A stretch of 32,000 nucleotides of DNA from positions 2,580,001 through 2,612,000 of the forward strand of contig OY776328.1 of the NCBI GenBank assembly GCA_963675515.1, in the 5' to 3' direction. Under the pieces are notes generated by a model that was given only the letters and a program-made list of their open reading frames with translations, searched no databases and was not told the DNA's origin. Below are positions 1-8,700 of this stretch, piece by piece. This stretch comes from Coprobacillaceae bacterium (GTDB lineage: Bacteria; Bacillota_I; Bacilli_A; Erysipelotrichales; Coprobacillaceae). Position numbers and translations under genes: made by a program. Each line of letters opens with the position of its first letter. The stretch's first letter is position 1.

Positions 1-328
1 TATGGTATTCAGTCCATGCGTTCAGGTAGCCTCAACGCATCTTCTACATTAATAATACAAAAAGTAGATTATGTAATACAAGTGATATTATAATAAAATT
101 TGGATATCTGCTTTTTCTGTGGCCAGAGACGTTGAATGTATGGGATATAATGAAATACATCCACCAGTAAATACTGTGGCCAATGAATATGATCGCCTAG
201 AAAGATATCAGGAACATAAATTCAATTACAAAAAAACTTGATAGCCTCGTCTTTACAAGGTTCAAGCCTCATAGTTCGCATTATTATTGGAATCTCCACA
301 TTGCAGGAGTATGTCTTTGCCTAAATGT

Positions 329-348
329 AAAAAAGAGCCTTGCGGCTC
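329..348 (-). terminator. Candidate rho-independent terminator of the flavodoxin-like gene
   Basis: On the minus strand, GAGCC-GCAA-GGCTC hairpin (335-348) overlaps the TGA stop and is followed by T6 (329-334). The stem is only 5 bp. Confidence 0.4.
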
Positions 349-772
349 AGTAATAATCGCGGACAATATTCACCATATCTTCCAGATAAACCCTGGCGTC
401 GTCAATCACATCTGTCTCAATCTCGTTTCGCTTGAACAGAGATTGCTTGAAGCAGTATTGCTGGCGCATCAGCGGAATATCGTATTTATATGCCAAATCG
501 ACTGTGGATTTCAATTTCTTGCTGTTAAAATAATACCCGGTAATAAAAATCACATTCTTGACCTTGTAGCGACTTACCTTCTGGATAAATCGTTCCAGCT
601 CTTTGTCCTTGCCAAAGCCATCCCCGAACGTGATGATCAAAAGGTCGATCTTTTCATCAAACTTGAAATCGGCCATTTTGCTTGCCCGGACATTCAAAAA
701 ACGGGCCAATTCGTTAGCGATAGTTTCTATATACGGCGTTTTATGCGAGTAAACAATTTTTATGACCATCAT
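347..772 (-). CDS. Small flavodoxin-like fold protein (141 aa)
   Basis: The ORF has a GGAAGGTGG SD just upstream of a tandem ATG. An alternating beta-alpha pattern (MVIKIVYS..., IDLLIITFGDG..., VIFITGYY) resembles flavodoxin-like domains. The function call is weak. Confidence 0.5.
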   Translation of the reverse strand: MMVIKIVYSHKTPYIETIANELARFLNVRASKMADFKFDEKIDLLIITFGDGFGKDKELERFIQKVSRYKVKNVIFITGYYFNSKKLKSTVDLAYKYDIPLMRQQYCFKQSLFKRNEIETDVIDDARVYLEDMVNIVRDYY

Positions 773-897
773 ACCACCTTCCCATAAACATAATATTACA
801 CGATTATGAACTAAAAATTAAGTACTTTTGTAATTTTTGATTGTTGTCAAGGGCTAAAAAGTTTGTTATTATGCTTATGAATGATAAGGAGATTTTT

Positions 898-2133
898 ATG
901 AATAAAAGAAATTGTATTATCGGCCAGTCGGGCGGTCCGACTGTCGCCATCAACGCGACATTAGCCGGCATCATATCCAAAGCCAAGCTCTCGGGCGAAT
1001 ATGAAAACATTTACGGGATGATCAATGGAATCCAGGGGTTGATCGAGAGGCGTATCATCAACTTGCTCGATGAATTCGCAACTGACAACCAGATCGACTG
1101 TCTCAAGACGACTCCGGCCATGTATCTAGGATCATGCCGCTTCAAGTTGGAAGACCATACCAAAGATGACAGCCAGTTCCAAAAAATCTTCCTGATCCTG
1201 CAGGAACTCAACATCACCGATTTCTTCTATATCGGGGGCAACGACTCGATGGATACAGTCATGAAACTCAACCGCTACGCCAAGTTCATCGGTGTTGCCA
1301 TCAACTTCATCGGATTGCCAAAGACAATCGACAACGACCTTTTTGGCACCGACCACACCCCGGGATTCGGCTCGGCAGCCAAATACGTGGCCAGCTCGAT
1401 GCTCGAAGTCGTCCATGACAGTTCCATCTATGACCTTCCATCGATCACGATTGTCGAAGTGATGGGCCGCAATGCCGGCTGGCTTACAGCTTCAAGCGCC
1501 CTGAGCCGCAATGAATACAATGGTGCTCCGGATCTGATCTATTTGCCTGAGGTTGAATTCGACAAGGACCGTTTTTTATCCGACATCGAGAACGTGATGA
1601 AACAAAAGCGTTTCGTTGTCGTTGCCGTTTCCGAAGGGATCCGCGATGAAGATGGCAATTATCTCGATGCCGACAGCCGCTATGTCAAAAAGGACGCCTT
1701 TGGCCACATCCTCCATTCGGGGACCGGAAAGGTCCTGGAAACCCTGGTCTACAACCGGTTCCACTGCAAAGTCCGGTCAATCGAACTCAATGTCCTGCAA
1801 CGCTGCGCGATGCACATCGCATCAAAGTGCGACCTTGACGAATCTTTCAACTGCGGGATGCACGCCATCGAGTGCGCCTTGAACAATCTCAGCGGCCAGG
1901 TCGTTTCCATGAAAAGAGTTTCCAACAACCCATACACGATCGAATACATCCATAACGATGTTGAAAATGTGGCTAACCTGGAACAGAAAATGCCACGTCA
2001 TTACATCAACGAACAAGGCAACGATATCACTCAAGACGCCATCGAATATCTAAAACCCCTTATTCAAGGAGAAGTCGCGCTCAAATATGAAAACGGAATC
2101 CCGACATATATGAGCTGCAAGCACCTTCTGTGA
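898..2133 (+). CDS. pfp: Phosphofructokinase, probably PPi-dependent (diphosphate--fructose-6-phosphate 1-phosphotransferase)
   Basis: AAGGAG SD lies 8 nt before the ATG at 898; the TTG at 841 was rejected. N-terminus is GQSGGPTVAINA. GGNDS replaces GGDGS and PKTIDND replaces PGTIDND, the Asp/Lys pair associated with PPi donor specificity. Confidence 0.85.
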   Translation: MNKRNCIIGQSGGPTVAINATLAGIISKAKLSGEYENIYGMINGIQGLIERRIINLLDEFATDNQIDCLKTTPAMYLGSCRFKLEDHTKDDSQFQKIFLILQELNITDFFYIGGNDSMDTVMKLNRYAKFIGVAINFIGLPKTIDNDLFGTDHTPGFGSAAKYVASSMLEVVHDSSIYDLPSITIVEVMGRNAGWLTASSALSRNEYNGAPDLIYLPEVEFDKDRFLSDIENVMKQKRFVVVAVSEGIRDEDGNYLDADSRYVKKDAFGHILHSGTGKVLETLVYNRFHCKVRSIELNVLQRCAMHIASKCDLDESFNCGMHAIECALNNLSGQVVSMKRVSNNPYTIEYIHNDVENVANLEQKMPRHYINEQGNDITQDAIEYLKPLIQGEVALKYENGIPTYMSCKHLL

Positions 2134-3452
2134 TGGCAATCGAACTTTTTTATCAAAGAATGGCGGATATTCTTCAAGAGGAATATCCCCAATTTGAAAA
2201 AGCCCTTGAACAACAAGATTCGAAGGGCTTTTATTTGAATACATTGAAGAGTGATATCCTCTTTCATCTTGACAAAACAAAAATAACCGCCCATGAATTC
2301 ATCGAAAACGGCTACCGCTACGACCACACCGACTATTTTTTAGGAAAGCACCCCTATTTCGATCTGGGTCTTTACTACATCCAGGATCCAGGAGCCATGG
2401 TTGTCGCAAGCACGGTCGCAGTGGATAAAGATGATTATGTGCTCGACATGTGTGGAGCTCCCGGAGGCAAATCATGCAAAATCGCCATGTCCCTGTCGAA
2501 CCAGGGCCTGCTTGTCGCCAATGACATCTCCCCGCTTCGGGCCAGGATCCTATCGGGCAATATCGAAAGGATGGGGATAACCAACACCATCGTGACCAAC
2601 GGTGATCCGGTCAACTTCACCAAAGAACTGGGCGGATTTTTCGACAAGGTCTTTCTCGATGCCCCGTGCTCGGGAGAAGGCATGTTCCGCAAAACTGACA
2701 AAGCCATTGAGACCTGGTCACCTGAAAAGGTTGCCGAGTGCGCCACCATCCAGAGAAAGCTATTGGATAGCGCCTACGAGCTGTTGAAAGAGGATGGCCT
2801 GCTTGTCTATTCAACCTGCACCTATTCGCTCGAGGAAAACGAGGATCAGGTCAGATACATGCTGGAACACTATCCAGTTGAGCTTGTCAAGATCGACATG
2901 CTTCCAGGAATGAGTCCCGGCATCGATCTTGAAGGGACAGTCCGGATGTATCCCCACAAATACCAAGGCGAAGGGCAGTTCATCGCGATCCTGAAAAAAC
3001 TCGAAGGAAAAAAAGCGAAAGTCCAACGGTTGAATGACAATGTCGCCAAAGACCAGCGCGAGCTGGTAAGAATGTTCTACAAGGAAAATCTCAATATCGA
3101 TGTTCCAGAACACCTGTTCAATTCCAACGGCCACATCTATGCGATCCAGGAAAATTTCATCAAAATACCCAGCTTCAAGATCCTGCGCAGCGGACTATAT
3201 CTGGGCGAGTGCAAGAAAAACCGTTTCGAACCTTCCCATTCGCTGGCCCGGACGTTGACCAAAGACCAGGTCAGACGCTTCGTCGATTTCCCGGTCGATT
3301 CGAAAGAGTTCGCCGATTATCTTTCCGGACTCACCCTGGAGCCACAAGGCAAAAAGGGCTATGGCGTCATATTTGGCGACGGTTACCCTCTTTCATTCTA
3401 CAAGGAAAGTGACCAGATCAAGAATCTCTACCCGAAAGGACTTAGAAGATGA
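2133..3452 (+). CDS. NOL1/NOP2/Sun (RsmB/RsmF) family SAM-dependent rRNA m5C methyltransferase
   Basis: Motifs MCGAPGGKS, DAPCSGEGMFRK and YSTCT are present. The start overlaps the pfp stop (GTGATG), implying translational coupling. Confidence 0.85.
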   Translation: MAIELFYQRMADILQEEYPQFEKALEQQDSKGFYLNTLKSDILFHLDKTKITAHEFIENGYRYDHTDYFLGKHPYFDLGLYYIQDPGAMVVASTVAVDKDDYVLDMCGAPGGKSCKIAMSLSNQGLLVANDISPLRARILSGNIERMGITNTIVTNGDPVNFTKELGGFFDKVFLDAPCSGEGMFRKTDKAIETWSPEKVAECATIQRKLLDSAYELLKEDGLLVYSTCTYSLEENEDQVRYMLEHYPVELVKIDMLPGMSPGIDLEGTVRMYPHKYQGEGQFIAILKKLEGKKAKVQRLNDNVAKDQRELVRMFYKENLNIDVPEHLFNSNGHIYAIQENFIKIPSFKILRSGLYLGECKKNRFEPSHSLARTLTKDQVRRFVDFPVDSKEFADYLSGLTLEPQGKKGYGVIFGDGYPLSFYKESDQIKNLYPKGLRR

Positions 3453-3913
3453 ACCGATACGAAATCATAAAAGACCTGTTCTTCACCGATTTGAACAAGC
3501 GTTGCTTCGGTTTCAACCTGAATGAAGCGATGTTCCACCTTGTCCAGGTATCCACGTTCAATATCCTGATAGGCAAAAAGGAAGGTTTCGACATCGAACT
3601 TTGCGCCATCGCGGGACTGCTCCACGACAGCGCCACATACATCAATGGCACCAGCTTCAACCACGCTTTGCTTTCAAGCGAATACACAAAAAAACTCCTT
3701 GACAAGAGCGGCCTGTTCGAACAAGCGGAAACCGAAATGATTGTCAGGGCAATCGCCAACCATTCAAGCAAGAAACAGGTTGACGACAAATTCAGTGAAA
3801 TATTAAAAGCCAGCGATGTCGCCAGCTCTTATCTGCTTAATGGCTGCAACCTGGTCGCGCGAAAGCACGAACCATACCTGCAGTATTTGAAAAAACTCAG
3901 TCTTCTTGATTGA
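3449..3913 (+). CDS. HD-domain phosphohydrolase-like protein
   Basis: The H...HD signature (FHLVQVS...AGLLHDSATY) is present. ATGA overlap with the upstream methyltransferase stop. Confidence 0.65.
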   Translation: MNRYEIIKDLFFTDLNKRCFGFNLNEAMFHLVQVSTFNILIGKKEGFDIELCAIAGLLHDSATYINGTSFNHALLSSEYTKKLLDKSGLFEQAETEMIVRAIANHSSKKQVDDKFSEILKASDVASSYLLNGCNLVARKHEPYLQYLKKLSLLD

Positions 3914-4253
3914 TCTTGGAACACCGGTCCATCCGGTGTCCTTTTTTGCGTCTTGGGCAGTCCTTGTTTATCTGGTAATTGCCCCCGGCCACATTCAACA
4001 TCGCCCCCTCGACCAGGTAGGTCGCAATCTTTTTGCGGGCGATATCGTAAAGCCGCTGCACCGTGGTCCGGCCCACATTGAGCACATCGGCGCATTCCTG
4101 CTGGGTCATCCCCTCATAGTCGATCAGCCGGATGCACTCGTACTCCTCGACGCTCATCACAATCGACTTTTCATTGCCGTGATTGCGGCATGTCTTGAAC
4201 GCGGTGAACTCCGGGAGCTGTTCGATATTTTTAATTCTCGCTGGTCTTACCAT
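3897..4253 (-). CDS. DUF134/UPF0251 family predicted DNA-binding protein
   Basis: PEFTAFKTCR...MSVEEYECIRLIDYEGMTQQECADVLNVGRTTVQRLYDIARKKIA matches the sigma70-region-4-like HTH layout of DUF134. The 3' end converges on and overlaps the HD gene by 17 nt. Confidence 0.7.
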   Translation of the reverse strand: MVRPARIKNIEQLPEFTAFKTCRNHGNEKSIVMSVEEYECIRLIDYEGMTQQECADVLNVGRTTVQRLYDIARKKIATYLVEGAMLNVAGGNYQINKDCPRRKKGHRMDRCSKINQED

Positions 4254-4971
4254 CTCTTATCCTTATTAACTCCTCGATTCCTTTTTTTACCCGGTTTTCA
4301 ACTTCCTGGGCCAGCTCATTGGTCTTGAGCTTCTCGTATTCCTCATAGTGGATCGGTTCCAGGTATTTCAGGTAAACTGTGGTTTTTTTGATATTGTTGC
4401 TTTCGAACACCTTGAAACTGTCTACGATCGCCACCGGCACGATCGGTGCCTTGGCTACGGTCGCCATCTTGAATGTGCCCCATTTGAACTCATTGATCTC
4501 GTTGCCCTTTTTCGACCGGGTACCTTCCGGGAAGACCAGGTAGTTGATCCCCTCTTCGAGTTCCTTGGCGACGGCCTTGATTGTCTTGACAGCCTTGCGG
4601 TTGTCCTGGCGGTCGATTGGCATGTATTCAAGCATCTGGATGACTTTACCGATAAGCGGAGCAGTAACCAGTTCCTTTTTAACAACACCCTTGTAGATGT
4701 TCTTGTGCGATGCGAAGATCGCCAGCGGGTCCGCAAATCCCTGGTGGTTTGGCGTAAGCAGGTAGCCTTGCTTTTCGGGCAGATTCTCCATCCCTGAAGC
4801 GATAACTTCAATCCGGCCGGTCTGCAATAGTTTGCGGTCAACTCCGCAGATGTAATCATAGCGCTTCTGGAGCGATACAGTGTCCTTGTTGCGGTAGTAT
4901 TTTTTCACCCGCGCCATCCAAAATGGAATTATCAGCATGCAGCGGATTACTATCAATGCAATTCTTTTCAT
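4231..4971 (-). CDS. plsC: 1-acyl-sn-glycerol-3-phosphate acyltransferase
   Basis: N-terminal TM segment, HX4D motif (NHQGFAD) and FPEGTRS motif. ATGA overlap with the folA stop. Confidence 0.85.
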   Translation of the reverse strand: MKRIALIVIRCMLIIPFWMARVKKYYRNKDTVSLQKRYDYICGVDRKLLQTGRIEVIASGMENLPEKQGYLLTPNHQGFADPLAIFASHKNIYKGVVKKELVTAPLIGKVIQMLEYMPIDRQDNRKAVKTIKAVAKELEEGINYLVFPEGTRSKKGNEINEFKWGTFKMATVAKAPIVPVAIVDSFKVFESNNIKKTTVYLKYLEPIHYEEYEKLKTNELAQEVENRVKKGIEELIRIRDGKTSEN

Positions 4972-5441
4972 GTTAACCTCTCATATGTTTCTAATTTGAA
5001 AGTCTCGAAATCGGTCGTATCGACAAGTCCGAACTTCTCTTCGTCAATCTCTGGAAAATGTGTTTCCCCCTGGTAGTCTCCAGGAATCCGGGAAACAAGG
5101 ATCCTGTGGGCATAATCCATCGTCTGGGAATAGACACTCGCTCCGCCACACACATAAAGCGTTTCCGGGCTGTCCTGGTACTGCTTTAGAAGTACGCCAA
5201 GGTCATGGACAACTTCGATTCCGGGAACATCGAGTTCCTTGGAAGTCAACACCAGGTTCCTGCGGTCCTTGAGGGGCCGTTTCATAGCCGCAAAGGTCGT
5301 CGACCCCATAAGGATAGCATGATTGAGGGTCGTATTGCGGAAATGTTGCAGGTCTTCCTTATTGTGCCAGGGCATGCCAAAGTGGCCTTTTTCACTGCCG
5401 ATAAGGTTGTTCTTGTCCATGGCTACAATCAAGACGATCAT
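4968..5441 (-). CDS. folA: Dihydrofolate reductase
   Basis: [23 protein letters not shown]...LMGSTTF is typical of DHFR. The start shares one base with the thyA stop (TGATG). Confidence 0.9.
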   Translation of the reverse strand: MIVLIVAMDKNNLIGSEKGHFGMPWHNKEDLQHFRNTTLNHAILMGSTTFAAMKRPLKDRRNLVLTSKELDVPGIEVVHDLGVLLKQYQDSPETLYVCGGASVYSQTMDYAHRILVSRIPGDYQGETHFPEIDEEKFGLVDTTDFETFKLETYERLT

Positions 5442-6319
5442 CAGACAGCCACCTCGCCGGTGAGCTTGCCATGCGACTGGTAGCCGCTGACCTTGATATC
5501 ATCGATGGTGAAATCGAAGATCGACTTGACTTGGGGATTGAGTTCAAGTTTGCACAGCGCCAGCGGTTCGCGGGCGATCTGGGTCTCCATCACTTCGAAG
5601 TGGTTCGAATAGATGTGGGCGTCGCCGATTGTATGGATGAACTCCTTGGCGACAAGGTTGGTGACCTGGGCGATCATCGCAGTGAACAGGGCGTATGAAG
5701 CGATATTGAAAGGCACTCCCAGGAATATATCGGCCGAGCGCTGGTAAAGCTGGCACGAAAGATACTTGCCATCGCCACTGACATAGAACTGCAAGAACGA
5801 GTGGCATGGTGGCAGTTTCATCTTGTCGACCTGGGCGGGATTCCAGGCTGAAATGATGTGCCTTCTTGAATTGGGGTTGGTTTTGAGCGATTCGATCACA
5901 TTGGCCAGCTGGTCGATGCCCTCATTGTTGAAGTTGCGCCACTGGGCCCCGTAGACCGGACCGAGATTGCCATGCTTCTTGGCGAACTCATCATCGTTTC
6001 TGATTTTTTCGATGAATTCATCCAGGGTCTCGTTCTGGTAATCGGGATGGTTCTTGTAGTCATCATAAGGCCATTCGTTCCAGATATTGACTTTGCGGTC
6101 GACCAGGTACTTGATGTTCGTGTCGCCCTTGATGAACCAAAGCAGCTCTTCTGCAATCGGTCTAAGATACATCTTCTTGGTCGTCATCAGCGGGAAACCA
6201 TCGAGCAGGTTGTAGCGGGTCTGGTATCCAAAAATCGATCGGGTCCCCGTGTTGGTCCTGTCCCCACGGTCTTCGCCGCTTTCCAGAACGTATCGGGCCA
6301 TCTCTAAGTACTGTTTCAT
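5441..6319 (-). CDS. thyA: Thymidylate synthase (292 aa)
   Basis: [31 protein letters not shown] and PPCH..FQFYV motifs. The ATG at 6319 is preceded by AAGGAGGATAA; the longer ORF start at 6391 was rejected. Confidence 0.92.
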   Translation of the reverse strand: MKQYLEMARYVLESGEDRGDRTNTGTRSIFGYQTRYNLLDGFPLMTTKKMYLRPIAEELLWFIKGDTNIKYLVDRKVNIWNEWPYDDYKNHPDYQNETLDEFIEKIRNDDEFAKKHGNLGPVYGAQWRNFNNEGIDQLANVIESLKTNPNSRRHIISAWNPAQVDKMKLPPCHSFLQFYVSGDGKYLSCQLYQRSADIFLGVPFNIASYALFTAMIAQVTNLVAKEFIHTIGDAHIYSNHFEVMETQIAREPLALCKLELNPQVKSIFDFTIDDIKVSGYQSHGKLTGEVAV

Positions 6320-6433
6320 CTTATCCTCCTTGACTGCCGGGATAATCTTTCCGGCAAGTTGTGTATGAATGATCCGCCATGACTTATTCATGGTTCTAAG
6401 ACGGCGATGTGTAGTGCCATCTTGATAGTCCTT

Positions 6434-6442
6434 ATTATAACA
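6434..6442 (-). promoter_or_regulatory. Candidate extended -10 (TGTTATAAT) promoter for thyA-folA-plsC-DUF134
   Basis: TGTTATAAT lies on the minus strand about 115 nt upstream of the thyA ATG. No convincing -35 was found. Confidence 0.3.
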
Positions 6443-6480
6443 TTTTTAGCCTCTTTGCGGTATCCAAAATGCAAAGTAAA

Positions 6481-6503
6481 AGCTAGGCAATCGAAACCTA
6501 GCT
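6481..6503 (-). terminator. thrS rho-independent terminator
   Basis: AGCTAGG...CCTAGCT 7-bp stem lies immediately after the thrS stop, followed on the minus strand by TTTTACTTTGCATTTT. Confidence 0.55.
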
Positions 6504-6511
6504 TCCAAAAA

Positions 6512-8413
6512 CTATTTCAGACCGGCGATTTGCGATTTGACCATTGCCACAAAATCGGCGAAGCTTACAGTGATCTGTTCCTGTTTGCCGTGTTCACGGT
6601 AAGTAACAGTCTTTTCGTCGCGCTCATTATCACCTAAAACCAGAATATAAGGGACTTTCTGGATTTGGGCGTCACGCATCTTCTTGCCAAGCTTTTCTTC
6701 CCGCTCGTCAAGTTCAACCCGGATTCCCTGGGCCTTGAGATTTTCCATTACTTCCTTGGCATACTCGCCGTGGTATTGGTTGTTTACCCCAAGGACTTTT
6801 ACCTGGATTGGAGCCAGCCAGGTCGGGAAATTTCCGGCATAATGTTCGATCAGGATTCCGATGAATCGTTCGATCGATCCATAGACAACGCGATGGACCA
6901 TTACCGGACGGTGTTTTTCCCCGTCTTCACCGATGTAGTTCATATCGAAACGCTCAGGCAGGTTGAAGTCAAGCTGGATTGTCCCGCATTGCCAAGTCCG
7001 GCCGATTGCATCTTTGATCTTGAAGTCCAGTTTGGGACCATAGAACGCACCATCACCAGGATTGAGGACATAGTCGATGCCCCGTTTTTCCAGCACGTTT
7101 TGCAGGGCGCTCTCCGCCTTTTCCCAGATCTCATCGGAACCTATCGCTTTTTCTTCCGGTTTGGTCGAAAGTTCGATATGGTAATCGAAGCCGAAGATAT
7201 CCTTGTAGAAATGGTCAATCAGATCGATCACGCCATTGACTTCCTGTTCTATCTGGTCAGGGAGCATGAAGATATGGGCATCATCCTGAGTGAAAGATCG
7301 AACCCTGAACAAACCATGGAGCGCTCCCGAGTATTCGTGGCGGTGCACCTGTCCCAGTTCTCCCACGCGCATCGGAAACTCCTTGTACGAGTGCAAAGCA
7401 TTCTTATAAACCAGGATCGATCCCGGACAGTTCATCGGCTTGATCGCGAAGATGTTCTCGTCGATCTCAGATGTGTACATATTTTCACGGTAATTGTACC
7501 AGTGACCCGATGTCTCCCAAAGATCCTTGTTCAACATTATCGGAGTCTTGATTTCCTGATATCCGGCTTTTTCATGTTCCTTGCGCCACAGGTTTTCAAG
7601 CTCATTGCGCACAATCATTCCCTTAGGCAGGAAGAACGGGAATCCCGGACCATATTCGGAAACGAAGAAAAGATCCAGGTCTTTTCCCAGTTTGCGGTGG
7701 TCGCGTTTGGCAGCCTCTTCCAGGAATTTCAGGTGGTTGTCAAGATCTTCCTTGGAAAAGAAGCTCACCCCGTAGATTCTCTGGAGCATCGGATTGTTCG
7801 AGTCCCCGCGCCAGTAGGCCCCGGCCAGTGACATCAGCTTGAAATGTTTGATTACCGAAGTAGCCACCACGTGGGGCCCCCGGCAAAGATCGGTGAATTT
7901 CCCCTGGCTGTACAGGGTGATTGTTCCGTCTTCAAGATTCTCGATTAGCTCACTCTTGTATGGGTCGTTTTTGAACATCGCCAAAGCGTCAGCCTTCGAT
8001 ACTTCGCTTCTTGTTATCTTCGCCCCTGCTGCGACAATCCGTTTCATTTCCTTTTCGATTCTAGGAAGATCCGCCTCGGTAATCAATGGATCGGTTTCCA
8101 CGTCGTAATAGAATCCAGTTTCGATATTAGGTCCCACCCCGAATTTGGCACCAGGGTACAAATTGGTGATCGCCTCTGCCATCAGATGGGCAGTCGAGTG
8201 GTTCAACACGTCGATTGCCTGTGCGTCATCCTTGGTGATCAGCTGCAAAGTCGCATCGTTTTCGATTGGCCGGTTGAGATCGACCACTTCGTCATTGACC
8301 TTCGCTGCCACGCACTTTTTCGCCAGTGAGCTTGAAATCGACTTGGCGATTTCCAAAGCCGAAGTTCCAGCTTCGAATTCTTTGATGTTGCCATCTAAAA
8401 ATGTGATTTTCAT
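6512..8413 (-). CDS. thrS: Threonine--tRNA ligase (633 aa)
   Basis: TGS-domain start MKITFLDG, class II aaRS motifs and full length. The ATG at 8413 is preceded by GAGGAGGAATTTT; the ORF-track start at 8494 falls inside the IS right end and was rejected. Confidence 0.95.
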   Translation of the reverse strand: MKITFLDGNIKEFEAGTSALEIAKSISSSLAKKCVAAKVNDEVVDLNRPIENDATLQLITKDDAQAIDVLNHSTAHLMAEAITNLYPGAKFGVGPNIETGFYYDVETDPLITEADLPRIEKEMKRIVAAGAKITRSEVSKADALAMFKNDPYKSELIENLEDGTITLYSQGKFTDLCRGPHVVATSVIKHFKLMSLAGAYWRGDSNNPMLQRIYGVSFFSKEDLDNHLKFLEEAAKRDHRKLGKDLDLFFVSEYGPGFPFFLPKGMIVRNELENLWRKEHEKAGYQEIKTPIMLNKDLWETSGHWYNYRENMYTSEIDENIFAIKPMNCPGSILVYKNALHSYKEFPMRVGELGQVHRHEYSGALHGLFRVRSFTQDDAHIFMLPDQIEQEVNGVIDLIDHFYKDIFGFDYHIELSTKPEEKAIGSDEIWEKAESALQNVLEKRGIDYVLNPGDGAFYGPKLDFKIKDAIGRTWQCGTIQLDFNLPERFDMNYIGEDGEKHRPVMVHRVVYGSIERFIGILIEHYAGNFPTWLAPIQVKVLGVNNQYHGEYAKEVMENLKAQGIRVELDEREEKLGKKMRDAQIQKVPYILVLGDNERDEKTVTYREHGKQEQITVSFADFVAMVKSQIAGLK

Positions 8414-8700
8414 AAAATTCCTCCTCAATTTGAACCTCCCATGACTTAAGTCACGGGATTCTTGGGAACAGAGCTTACTTGATGTATGGTGCATCCACCA
8501 TAATCAGCGGTTTCTCTTGTTTACCAAGCCATCCCCGTAGTCCCTACGGTTTAGTAATTATCTAGGACTGTGCTATTATGCGCAGTCCTTCTTTCAGGAT
8601 GTTCTTGCTCGCATTTATGTCCCTGTCATTGGTGCTGCCACAATTAGGACAAGCCCATTCCCTGATGTGGAGTGGCTTCTTGCCATCCTTGTGGCCACAT
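8410..8700 (-). ncRNA. Candidate omega RNA (reRNA) of TnpB: tnpB 3' end + right-end scaffold + flank-derived guide
   Basis: This is a positional inference from characterised IS200/IS605 elements. Hairpins are visible at 8535-8549 (CCGTAG/CTACGG), 8486-8501 (ATGGTG/CACCAT) and 8438-8457 (RE hairpin). The 5' boundary is not determinable by eye. Confidence 0.4.
8438..8457 (-). repeat. IS200/IS605 right-end (RE) subterminal hairpin
   Basis: Imperfect palindrome CCCGTGACTT/AAGTCATGGG, followed by AGGTTCAA and then the thrS SD. Confidence 0.7.

Noticed and set aside
1-101. Open frame running off the left edge (...YGIQSMRSGSLNASSTLIIQKVDYVIQVIL*)
   Set aside because: Only about 33 codons are visible, with no recognisable motif. 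That is too little to call a gene.
255-280. GGTTCAAGCC resembling a tRNA T-arm, a possible tRNA or att remnant
   Set aside because: The flanking bases do not form a T-stem, and no acceptor or anticodon arms can be drawn. No tRNA gene is supported anywhere in the window.
287-787. 166-aa plus-strand ORF
   Set aside because: It is antisense to the flavodoxin-like gene. That gene, unlike this ORF, has an SD, a terminator and a sensible alpha/beta pattern.
6320-6391. N-terminal extensions offered by the ORF track for thyA (6391), thrS (8494), LysR (24012), DUF5662 (24437), pfp (841) and the IS transposases (17534, 20547)
   Set aside because: In each case a downstream ATG is preceded by a clear SD and gives the canonical family N-terminus. 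The thrS extension would run into the IS right end.
6665-7831. 388-aa plus-strand ORF
   Set aside because: It lies entirely antisense to the strongly conserved thrS and has a low-complexity, Leu/Val/Phe/Arg-rich translation with no SD. It is a shadow ORF. The same applies to 7839-8108 and 8145-8444.
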